Positions 8,643 to 16,677 of a DNA stretch of 64,000 bases are shown here, piece after piece. The stretch is from an uncultured Gammaproteobacteria bacterium. Lineage in GTDB: Bacteria; Patescibacteriota; Microgenomatia; UBA10105; UBA927. The DNA lies in assembly GCA_964553825.1 (NCBI GenBank), contig CAZKLT010000004.1, positions 3,137 through 67,136 of the forward strand, given 5' to 3'. The stretch's first letter is position 1; each line of letters starts with the position of its first letter. Below the pieces are notes generated by a model, which did no database searches, was not told where the DNA came from, and saw only the letters and a program-made list of their open reading frames with translations. The position numbers were made by a program, and so were the translations under genes.

Positions 8643-9689
8643 TCAAGCGGGAATTTTCGCTTGTTTTATTTGTTTGCTGGTTGTCAAAATCGGAAGAAAA
8701 TCCATACCCCGAATCCATACGAGGCCCGGTGGAAGGGGATTAACGCGTCGTTTCGGAAGGTGAGGCATTTCTCCGAAAGCCAGCTTGGTGTAGATAAGCG
8801 GCATATTCAGGCCTGCGTTGGTGAAAAATTGGTGCGTCGTAAAGAAGCGGCCGATATTTATTTCCGTGGGATTGGGGACTCCCCGGGCGTCGTAGGTGAG
8901 GTCTGCGCCATACAAACCATGGGGAGCCGGATCAAGGGCAAGAATCGCTTTCCTGGCTACCTTGTCCACGGTCGCGTCGCGAATAGTGACGCCCGCGCCC
9001 GTTACTCCCGTGATTCCTGAGGGGGCTATTTTGCCCATCTCCCAATACAGCCGTTCGCGTCCCTGAGCAACGATTAATTGTCCTGAATGCCAAATAGACA
9101 TCCAGGTAACGCTTCTTTTTGAGAGGTAGGATGCCGCCGTAAAATGTCCCCAGCCCTCATGAAAGTCAATCCATGCCTTTGCCTGTTTGACGCTGGTGGC
9201 AGCAAGGGAGCCACGACCGGCGGCGCCCTGAATATCGCGTAGCCAGAGTGGAGTACCGAGTGCTTCAAACGCGCGAGTAAGATCAGCGGGCCGCCTGAGA
9301 AGCAGGGTTTGGGGAACGGTAAGACCTGCTTTTTTCCATGCGAGGTAGGATTGAAATTTATCCTGACAGGTGGAAACGACACCATCTGCGGGAAGAAAAA
9401 CCCGAGCGGCCAAATGGTTCCGCATACGACTTATCCATGCGACCTCCTCGTCGTTCTGTGCATGGATAAATGTTATCCGTTCCTTCTTGATAATCTCGTT
9501 GATGACGGCTAAAAATCGTTTATCCGTCGCTTTGGGTACCAGGTATCGTGTATCCGTTTCGGCGCGAGCCAGGTAGTAGGGGTTGGCGTCGGTGCCGACG
9601 AGGTAGAACGGTTCGCCCGCTTCCCGCAGGGATCGAACGAAGTTGGTAGAAGGAGCGCCGCCAGCTCCGGCGATAAGTATGCGTTTCAT
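8643..9689 (-). CDS. ATP-grasp domain enzyme (sugar/amino-acid ligase candidate)
   Basis: MKRILIAGAGGAPSTNFVRSL... Rossmann-like N-domain then ATP-grasp-like central region; true start taken as internal Met because the upstream extension would read through the conserved hairpin. Confidence 0.7.
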   Translation of the reverse strand: MKRILIAGAGGAPSTNFVRSLREAGEPFYLVGTDANPYYLARAETDTRYLVPKATDKRFLAVINEIIKKERITFIHAQNDEEVAWISRMRNHLAARVFLPADGVVSTCQDKFQSYLAWKKAGLTVPQTLLLRRPADLTRAFEALGTPLWLRDIQGAAGRGSLAATSVKQAKAWIDFHEGWGHFTAASYLSKRSVTWMSIWHSGQLIVAQGRERLYWEMGKIAPSGITGVTGAGVTIRDATVDKVARKAILALDPAPHGLYGADLTYDARGVPNPTEINIGRFFTTHQFFTNAGLNMPLIYTKLAFGEMPHLPKRRVNPLPPGLVWIRGMDFLPILTTSKQIKQAKIPA

Positions 9690-9698
9690 AGTATTTTT

Positions 9699-9726
9699 GC
9701 CATTTCTTTGCTCACCCAAAGAAATG
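9699..9726. promoter_or_regulatory. Palindrome CATTTCTTT-GCTCACCC-AAAGAAATG ~10 nt upstream of ATP-grasp start (copy 2)
   Basis: Perfect 9-bp inverted repeat; followed by AAAGAAAGGGTGCCGCGG. Confidence 0.5.
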
Positions 9727-9865
9727 TGCAAAAGAAAGGGTGCCGCGGTGAAGGTTTTTTTGTTTTTCTAGCCTCGCGCAGTGCGGCTGACCCTCGGTTG
9801 AGGATCAACCGTGTCCGCACGCTTGCCGCTCGGCAAGCAAAACTACAAAAACACTTCAATGCGGT
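9727..9865. repeat. Intergenic element copy A (~65-70% identical to 11052..11176), contains GACCCTC-GGTT-GAGGATC and TTGCCG-AGC-GGCAA palindromes
   Basis: Manual alignment of the two intergenic regions shows shared blocks (GAAAG.G.GGCC..GTGAA...GATCCTCGGcTGAGGATC..CCGT.TCC.CACGCT...GCAAG). Confidence 0.5.
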
Positions 9866-11010
9866 TATCTATTCAGTTTGCTCACTAGGGTTAATATGTT
9901 TTCGATAACATATTCCTGTTCTTCTTTCGTTAAGCCGTGATACATGGGGATAGTGAGCGTTTCTGCCGATGCGCGCTGGGTATGGGGGAGGGAAAGCCGC
10001 GGATATAATTTTCTGTACGGAGTTTCCAGGTGAGCTGACGGTATTCCCCGACGCGTGGCAATACCTGCATCAAGCAGTTTCTGCATGAGCCGGTCACGGA
10101 GCGGCGCCCCTGCCCGCAAACGGATCATATAGGATTGGTAGGTGTGGAAATATCCTTCAGGGACGAAGGGCGGGACGATGACGCTATGTCCGGAGAATGC
10201 CTCAGTATACCGTTTGGCGGTTTTCTGCCGTGATGCCAGAATCGTCTGGAGTTTCGTAAATTGAGATAGGCCAAGTGCCGCATGGATATCACTCATGCGT
10301 AGGTTGTAGCCGATGAGGGGATACGATTCAAAAAGAACCTTCTTGCTGGCGTCACGCTTCTTGACGTCGATGGATGCGCCATGTGCCCGCAACAGTGAAA
10401 CCGTGTGGGCAAGCGATCTGTTCGCCGTAACAAATACGCCCCCTTCAGCGGTTGTAATTGCTTTCCGTGGATGAAAAGAAAAAGCCCCCCACGTGCCCCA
10501 GTTGCCGACATGTTTGCCATTGATCGTTGACGCCAATGCGCAGGCACAATCTTCAAATAGCTGTATTTTTGCTGCCCGGGCTATCCGGAAAAGCTCCGGA
10601 AGATTTGCGGCCAGTCCTACCTGATGGACGGCAAGGATGCCACGGGTTTTTTTCGTGATTTTCCGTGCGACATCCTTCGGATCCAGATTGTAGGTGTCAG
10701 GATCTATATCCACAAAAACGGGCGTAGCGCCTGCGTGGACAATACAGTTGGCGCTGGCGATAAAAGAAAATGACGGGACGAGTACTTCATCACCCGGGCC
10801 AATGCCGCTTGCCAGCAGCCCAAGATGCATCGCAGTCGTCGCGCTTGATGTGGCCACCGCATAAGGACTTTTGACATAGGCGCCGATTCGTTTTTCAAAT
10901 GCTTCAACCTTCGTCCCTTGCAACACCCATCCGGAACGGACAACAGAGGCTACTGCCTGTTCATCTTCTTTGGTAAAAAACGGTTTGGCAACAGGAATAA
11001 GTTTTTTCAT
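9865..11010 (-). CDS. DegT/DnrJ/EryC1/StrS-family PLP-dependent sugar aminotransferase
   Basis: MKKLIPVAKPFF..EDEQAV..VVRSGW..QG..V..FE; SxxK-type lysine region; family-typical length; start at internal Met MKKLIP. Confidence 0.9.
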   Translation of the reverse strand: MKKLIPVAKPFFTKEDEQAVASVVRSGWVLQGTKVEAFEKRIGAYVKSPYAVATSSATTAMHLGLLASGIGPGDEVLVPSFSFIASANCIVHAGATPVFVDIDPDTYNLDPKDVARKITKKTRGILAVHQVGLAANLPELFRIARAAKIQLFEDCACALASTINGKHVGNWGTWGAFSFHPRKAITTAEGGVFVTANRSLAHTVSLLRAHGASIDVKKRDASKKVLFESYPLIGYNLRMSDIHAALGLSQFTKLQTILASRQKTAKRYTEAFSGHSVIVPPFVPEGYFHTYQSYMIRLRAGAPLRDRLMQKLLDAGIATRRGIPSAHLETPYRKLYPRLSLPHTQRASAETLTIPMYHGLTKEEQEYVIENILTLVSKLNR

Positions 11011-11019
11011 ATATATCTT

Positions 11020-11051
11020 GATCATTTCTTTGTTCGCTCAAAGAAATGATC
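11020..11051. promoter_or_regulatory. Palindrome GATCATTTCTTT-GTTCGCTC-AAAGAAATGATC 10 nt upstream of aminotransferase start (copy 3, 12-bp perfect stem)
   Basis: Inverted repeat read from sequence; followed by GAAAGAAAGAGCGGCC. Confidence 0.5.
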
Positions 11052-11176
11052 GAAAGAAAGAGCGGCCAGTGAAAATATTCTTATGATTCTATCTTCGCCT
11101 GATGCGGTGGATCCTCGGCTGAGGATCGGCCGTTTCCACACGCTCAGGACTCAGCAAGAATCAACACAGAATATTT
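11052..11176. repeat. Intergenic element copy B (homologous to 9727..9865), contains perfect palindrome GATCCTC-GGCT-GAGGATC at 11110..11127
   Basis: See copy A; direct sequence comparison. Confidence 0.5.
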
Positions 11177-11641
11177 TCAACGGCGTAATTTTACCTGCCT
11201 CACTTTTGTATCATGTTTTTCGAATTTACGAGTTGACCCGACGATCTTGCCTGGGACACCCATCACGAGTGAGTAGGGAGGGATGGTTGCATGTTCGGGT
11301 ATCACCGCCCCGGCGCCCACGACTGAGTGATGCCCAATCGTTACTCCCATAAGCACTACGGCGTTGGCCCCTATGAAGCAGTAGTCACCGATCGTCACAT
11401 TTCCGGTATCAATTTGATTATAGCGTCGTTCACTGATACAACGGTGTACGGTTGAGTGGCTGATAATCTGGGCGCCGGTGGCAATATTGCATCCGCGGCC
11501 GATCGTAACACGGGCGTGCTTGGCGTCGATCAGCGTGAACGCGCCGATCCATGTTTCTTCCCCAATAACGGGGCTTCCCAGAATCCATGCGTGGGGATTA
11601 TAGGGGTTGGGAGGTATGCCTTCGGTGGGCGTGCGTTTCAT
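11177..11641 (-). CDS. Hexapeptide-repeat (LbH) sugar N-acetyltransferase
   Basis: Repeated [LIV]G..x.I hexapeptides (IGDYCFIGANAVVLMGVTIGHHSVVGAGAVI); PglD/WbbJ-like. Confidence 0.85.
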   Translation of the reverse strand: MKRTPTEGIPPNPYNPHAWILGSPVIGEETWIGAFTLIDAKHARVTIGRGCNIATGAQIISHSTVHRCISERRYNQIDTGNVTIGDYCFIGANAVVLMGVTIGHHSVVGAGAVIPEHATIPPYSLVMGVPGKIVGSTRKFEKHDTKVRQVKLRR

Positions 11642-12648
11642 TACCAGTTTTTGTCGGGTACGAGTTTTAACAGTTTATTGGCGTCAGGATAGGATTGTTT
11701 CACCCAGGCGATATATTTTTTTATGCCGGTCCTGATATCAATCTGTGGAGAGTAGGAAAGGGTTTTTTGTGCCTTGCGAATATCTGCGTAATGCCGCATT
11801 ACATCATTTGGACGGGCAGGCTTCATGACGGGTGTGTCAGGCATGCCAATTTCTTCACTGATAATGCGCGCAATTTCACGGATAGTGACTTCTTTCCCGC
11901 GGGCAATATTGATTGCACTTCCCAGGAGCGCATCTGACTGTGACGCTTGTATGATTCCCGCAACGGTGTCGGTGACGTAGGTGAAGTCCCGCGTTTGGGC
12001 CCCTGTGCCAAAGATCATCGGCGCCTTTCCGTTGAGCGCACGAACCACAAAGCGGGGAATCACCTCCCCGTACACGCCTTCAAAATGACTTCTGGGTCCG
12101 TATGTGTTGAAGGGACGAACGATAAGCGTCGGGAGTCCCTGGTGATCGTGAAAATGCTTCGTGTACAGTTCGCCCATGTATTTGCTCATCCCGTACACGG
12201 TTGTCGGGTTTATGGCATGTGTTTCCGGGATTTTGGGTGTTGTGGCGCTTCCGTATACCTCAGACGATGAAATGTAAATAAACCGTTTAACGCCCGCCTT
12301 TTGGGCAGCAAGCAGGGCAGTGAGGGCGCCCGTTGCGTTCACCTCGTGGACATATTGCTCGTCTGAAAGAGACAGGCGTACGCACGCAGCGCTGAAGTGA
12401 AATACCATGTCAACGGATTTCATCGCCCGGGTAAGCGCATCGCGGTCCAAAACATTTCCGTGGATTACCTTTGTCGCACCGAAATGCTTGAGCTGATCCG
12501 GTGTGGTTACGGAAGAGAGAAATGCGTCGTAGACAGTGATATCAGCCTTATTTGCCAGTGTTTCTGTAAAATGAGAACCGATAAATCCAGCGCCTCCGGT
12601 GACGAGAATTTTACGTCCAGATAATTTCATGCCCACGCATAATACCAT
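11641..12648 (-). CDS. NAD-dependent nucleotide-sugar epimerase/dehydratase (extended SDR)
   Basis: [13 protein letters not shown]; YGMSKYMGE (YxxxK); UDP-sugar 4-epimerase/4,6-dehydratase-like. Confidence 0.85.
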   Translation of the reverse strand: MVLCVGMKLSGRKILVTGGAGFIGSHFTETLANKADITVYDAFLSSVTTPDQLKHFGATKVIHGNVLDRDALTRAMKSVDMVFHFSAACVRLSLSDEQYVHEVNATGALTALLAAQKAGVKRFIYISSSEVYGSATTPKIPETHAINPTTVYGMSKYMGELYTKHFHDHQGLPTLIVRPFNTYGPRSHFEGVYGEVIPRFVVRALNGKAPMIFGTGAQTRDFTYVTDTVAGIIQASQSDALLGSAINIARGKEVTIREIARIISEEIGMPDTPVMKPARPNDVMRHYADIRKAQKTLSYSPQIDIRTGIKKYIAWVKQSYPDANKLLKLVPDKNW

Positions 12649-12706
12649 ACGCCTGTCTGCCGGTGTATTGCGTCATGTTGGACACAATGTAACAATGTAG
12701 ATATCC

Positions 12707-13456
12707 ATGGCAGACGACAAGAAAATAGCTTCGGGGTTACACCTAGCCCAAAGTGATATCGCGCAGTATATTCTAGCGGGTGTTTTCGTGGGGCTTGTGT
12801 TAACCGGATGCTTCAAGTACACGCAATTAATCGGAGAGGCACAGGGACTCACGCTTCTGAACCGGACGATGTCTTCAGGCACAATATTCCTTCTAAGTGC
12901 CGTTCTGCTTATTGGCCCGATGAACCGGTTATTTGGCGGCATATGGCGTACGCTGTTTATCCTGCGCAAGGAAATAGGCATGTATACGTTTCTTGCGGGA
13001 TTTGTGCACGTGTATTTGTCGATGTTCCCTCTGGCGCGCAGAGGGCCGTGGGGCTTCTATGAATCGCGGCCGTGGTCTGCCTATCCGGGCCTGGCGGCTT
13101 TGCTTCTGATGGCGATTCTTTTTTTCTTTTCCTTCGTGCGGACACAGAAAATGTTACCTTCTTCGCTTTGGTGGAAGCTTCAGTATACGGGTGCGCGTAT
13201 CGCACTTTTGGGACTTGTCGTCCATACCGTTGTCCTGCGGTGGAACGCATGGGGCACATGGCTTGGGCAATGGTGGAAGGGGGAGACCATATATCCGCCG
13301 CTTGCATTTTTGGCGGTTGTATTTGCCCTGTATGTGACCAAAGTGAAACTGGCGGAACGATGGAGCGGGGTGAGCGCCAGGAATTATGTGATCGCCGCAA
13401 GTTTTTTCCTTGTTATTTTCGTGACATTTCTTTTTGTGTTTCCGTCTCTGCGCTAA
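12707..13456 (+). CDS. Membrane protein, ferric-reductase-like/MsrQ-like transmembrane domain (tentative)
   Basis: Six hydrophobic helices with conserved His in helices (FLAGFVHVYLS; LVVHTVVL), RxxxG before helix as in YedZ/MsrQ family; weak call. Confidence 0.4.
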   Translation: MADDKKIASGLHLAQSDIAQYILAGVFVGLVLTGCFKYTQLIGEAQGLTLLNRTMSSGTIFLLSAVLLIGPMNRLFGGIWRTLFILRKEIGMYTFLAGFVHVYLSMFPLARRGPWGFYESRPWSAYPGLAALLLMAILFFFSFVRTQKMLPSSLWWKLQYTGARIALLGLVVHTVVLRWNAWGTWLGQWWKGETIYPPLAFLAVVFALYVTKVKLAERWSGVSARNYVIAASFFLVIFVTFLFVFPSLR

Positions 13457-14563
13457 TCACGCCGCAAAAAAGCGTTTCATCGTCCGTACAATGAAGGAAA
13501 TTTCCCGGTCTGTCAGTTCTGCATATATGGGCAAGGTAAGCATGGTTTTTGCCCGCATTTCTGCAACGGGAAAATCGCCTGTTTTGTATCCCAGGAACCC
13601 AAGAGCCGGAGTGAGGTGGAGGGGAACGGGATAGTGGATACCCGTATGAATGCCCTGCGCATTGAGGTAGCGCGCCAGTTTGTCCCGTTTGGCTGTACGT
13701 ATCACAAACAGATGGTAGTTTTGGATTTCATCCTTTGCCGACGCGGTGGGAAGCATGATATCGCCGACTCCCGCAAGTTCGCGGAGGAAGATACGGGCGA
13801 TATCGTTTCGTTTCCGGTTCCACGCATCAAGATGTTTGAGCTTGACTGTCAGAACAGCGGCCTGGATGGTATCGAGGCGGCTGTTGACGCCCAGGCGTAC
13901 ATGGTCGTATTTTTTCTTTTGGCCGATATTGCGAAGTATGCGGATTGTCCGGGCAAACCGTTCCTTCTTTGTGACAATGGCGCCGCCGTCCCCGAAGGCT
14001 CCCAGATTTTTCCCGGGATAAAATGAGAATGCCGCGATATCGCCGAATGCTCCCGCCTTCACGCCCGCCAGCGCGGACCCGTGCGCCTGTGCGGCATCCT
14101 CCATGAGGATGAGCGAATGCCTTCGGGCGATGGTTGAAAGCGCTTTCATGGGTGCCGGGCGCCCAAACAGGTGGACGGCGAGTATTGCTTTGGTTTTTTT
14201 CGTGACTGCCCTGGCCACCGCGTCGGGATCGATCCTGCCCGTTTCGTCACAGTCAACGAATACGGGGGTAGCCCCCAGCTCAATAATGGGCAGGACGCTT
14301 GCGATAAACGTGTTGACCTGAACGATGATTTCGTCGCCCCGGGTTATGTCCGTCGCTTCAATCATGAGTTTGATGGCGTCCGTTCCGTTGGCAACGCCGA
14401 CACAATACGGCACATGAATATAGGAGGCAAATGCCTGCTCAAATTCGCGTACCGCATCGCCGAGGATAAAGTCACCCTTTTTGCATATTTCGCCAATCGC
14501 CCGGTCTGCGTCTTTCTTTATGGCCGTGTATTGTCGTGCCAGGTTGACGAGCGGAATATTCAT
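13457..14563 (-). CDS. DegT-family sugar aminotransferase (WbpE-like)
   Basis: MNIPLVNLARQY..I.K.D...I....G.FILG; DAAQAHG; family-typical. Confidence 0.9.
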   Translation of the reverse strand: MNIPLVNLARQYTAIKKDADRAIGEICKKGDFILGDAVREFEQAFASYIHVPYCVGVANGTDAIKLMIEATDITRGDEIIVQVNTFIASVLPIIELGATPVFVDCDETGRIDPDAVARAVTKKTKAILAVHLFGRPAPMKALSTIARRHSLILMEDAAQAHGSALAGVKAGAFGDIAAFSFYPGKNLGAFGDGGAIVTKKERFARTIRILRNIGQKKKYDHVRLGVNSRLDTIQAAVLTVKLKHLDAWNRKRNDIARIFLRELAGVGDIMLPTASAKDEIQNYHLFVIRTAKRDKLARYLNAQGIHTGIHYPVPLHLTPALGFLGYKTGDFPVAEMRAKTMLTLPIYAELTDREISFIVRTMKRFFAA

Positions 14564-15021
14564 CGGGAAACGGGGCGGGCAGGATTTCCAATAACGGTTG
14601 CGCCGTCCGGAACATCGCGCGTAACGACGGCACCTGCTCCCACAAGCGCGTTTTTGCCGATGGTGATACCCGGGAGTATCGTTGCTCCGGCTCCAATGGA
14701 GGCGCCGTCACCGACGTGTGTTCGGTGCATCTGCCAGTCGCAGGCTTCTTTTTTTGTGCCGTCAGGATTGGTCGCTTTAGGATACCGGTCATTGGTGAAG
14801 GTAACATTTGGTCCGATAAACACGCCATCTCCGACCGTGATTCCTTCCGGGATGTATACCATGGCCTGCAGTTTGCAGTTTTTGCCTATAACGACGCCGG
14901 TTTTGATTTCGACAAATGAACCAATAGACGTGCCTTCTCCGATCGTGCATCCGTAAAGGTTCACTTGATCGGGATGATGAATAAGCACGTTCTTGCCGAG
15001 CTTTACGTCATTTTTGATCAT
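14560..15021 (-). CDS. Hexapeptide-repeat N-acetyltransferase (WbpD/WlbB-like)
   Basis: LbH repeats (IGDGASIGAGATILPGITIGKNALVGAGAVV); ATGA overlap with downstream aminotransferase. Confidence 0.85.
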   Translation of the reverse strand: MIKNDVKLGKNVLIHHPDQVNLYGCTIGEGTSIGSFVEIKTGVVIGKNCKLQAMVYIPEGITVGDGVFIGPNVTFTNDRYPKATNPDGTKKEACDWQMHRTHVGDGASIGAGATILPGITIGKNALVGAGAVVTRDVPDGATVIGNPARPVSR

Positions 15022-16052
15022 AGTTTTTTTGATCGGTCCCTCGCAACAACAGCAACTGGCTTGCCCTCATGCCGTAACGATTTTGTGGCTGCTTCAATAC
15101 AGCGTACCACCAAGAGACCCTGATTGCCATCGGCTTGTGGACGTTTCCCGGTACGGATCGTGCGGGTAAATTCAGAAACGACACCAAAAAGCGCTTCCCC
15201 GACGCCAAGCTTCGGGACAACCGCAGTACCGCTTCTGTAGCCAACGCGTAGAGCATACGCCTCTTTGGGATCAGATGTTACGGAAACGCTTTTGTCGTAT
15301 ATTTTTATTTTTTCTGAGGGCTCCATATCGTCATAGACAACCATTTTTTTTGTGCCGACAAAAATCATCCGCCGAATCTTAATAGGGGATAACCAGCTGA
15401 CGTGACTGTGTAAAAAGAGGGACTGGTCATAGGTGGCCGTGATGTGGGCAACCGTTTCCTGGTGGAGGTCTTCCTGTGCAAGTCCTGTTGCGGAAATTTT
15501 GGTCGGCGTTTTGCCGAACAGATACTGCATGATAGAAAAATCATGAACGGCAAGATCAGCAACGACGTTGCTGTCCTTTTGGAAAAGTCCGAGGTTGGTG
15601 CGGACACTGTCGACATATATGACGCGCCCCAAAGTGCCGCGGTCAAGGATTTCCTTCAGTTTCCGTACTGCGGGCGTATAGAGAAATGTATGATCGACCA
15701 TCAGCACTTTTTTTTCACGGTCAGCAAGTGTTGTGAGTTTGAGAGCGTCCTGTGCGGATGCCGTCATCGGCTTCTCAACCAGGACATGTTTGCCTGCCAG
15801 GATAGCCTTTTGAGCCAGCGGAAAGTGGGTACTCGGTGGGGTGACAATGATCACTGCGTGCGTTTTGCTATCGGCAAGCACATCATCTATATTTTTTGTT
15901 GTCCGGACCGTGGGATACATGCGGGGAATTGCCGCAAGAACCCTCGGGTTTACATCACAAACCCACGAAACCGATACGTGGGGAAGGAGAGCGAGGTTTC
16001 GGACGATGTTCGGGCCCCAATAGCCAAATCCAATAACTGCGATACGCATCAT
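15018..16052 (-). CDS. Gfo/Idh/MocA-family NAD-dependent oxidoreductase (WbpB-like sugar 3-dehydrogenase candidate)
   Basis: MRIAVIGFGYWGPNIVRN Rossmann start; EKP motif (VLVEKPM); start set at internal Met. Confidence 0.85.
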   Translation of the reverse strand: MMRIAVIGFGYWGPNIVRNLALLPHVSVSWVCDVNPRVLAAIPRMYPTVRTTKNIDDVLADSKTHAVIIVTPPSTHFPLAQKAILAGKHVLVEKPMTASAQDALKLTTLADREKKVLMVDHTFLYTPAVRKLKEILDRGTLGRVIYVDSVRTNLGLFQKDSNVVADLAVHDFSIMQYLFGKTPTKISATGLAQEDLHQETVAHITATYDQSLFLHSHVSWLSPIKIRRMIFVGTKKMVVYDDMEPSEKIKIYDKSVSVTSDPKEAYALRVGYRSGTAVVPKLGVGEALFGVVSEFTRTIRTGKRPQADGNQGLLVVRCIEAATKSLRHEGKPVAVVARDRSKKL

Positions 16053-16166
16053 ACTGGCGCCAACAATACAGGAAGCGTGCATAATTTGCAAGGCAACTAT
16101 TGAGAAGCTTGACAGCAAACCGGAGAAAGTACATCATAAGGAAGAGTTCGTTGCCGGCACGATACT

Positions 16167-16622
16167 ATGTTTGAATCAAACAGCAGTTTACCGTTTGAAC
16201 CCCATCATGCTCCCGGTCTTGGTAAGTCTGTGCTTATTGCAGGAATGCTTATTCTTATGGTTACGCTGGGCGTTGTCGTCATGTTTTCCCAGCAGAATAC
16301 GGAACTTCGCAGTAGGGCAGCGTATCCGCCTGTCGGCGAGTTGTGTAATGGAAATCCTAAGCCGACCTGTCTGAAAAGCGGTGAAGTTGCCGAGTGTCGT
16401 GATCAAGGATGGGTTTGTAAAGTGCCAACACCCACGCTGCCGCCGCAGGTTACCCCCGCCAAGCTTAAGTCAGGCGCCGACTGTGGAAGCGATTGTTACC
16501 GGGCGTGTGAAAGCGGCGTAGGCTGGTCTGGCAAGTGCCGGACGAGACAGGCGTATTGCGAAGCGCATAAAAATCCCGTTATGCGTGCAGCCTATGGTTT
16601 GGTAACAATCGAATGCCCTTAA
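16167..16622 (+). CDS. Small membrane-anchored Cys-rich (10 Cys) exported protein
   Basis: N-terminal TM (VLIAGMLILMVTLGVVVMF) then Cys-rich domain CNGNPKPTC..ECRDQGWVC...CGSDCYRACE..C..C; no known domain recognised. Confidence 0.5.
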   Translation: MFESNSSLPFEPHHAPGLGKSVLIAGMLILMVTLGVVVMFSQQNTELRSRAAYPPVGELCNGNPKPTCLKSGEVAECRDQGWVCKVPTPTLPPQVTPAKLKSGADCGSDCYRACESGVGWSGKCRTRQAYCEAHKNPVMRAAYGLVTIECP

Positions 16623-16662
16623 GATTGAGAGCGACATCCTGTATGCGTTGACAATCCCCAGT

Positions 16663-16671
16663 TGATACAAT
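16663..16671 (+). promoter_or_regulatory. Extended -10 element TGaTACAAT ending 6 nt before ATG of 16678 gene (putative leaderless mRNA)
   Basis: TGnTACAAT read from sequence; A of ATG is 7th nt after -10. Confidence 0.3.
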
Positions 16672-16677
16672 GAGCTA

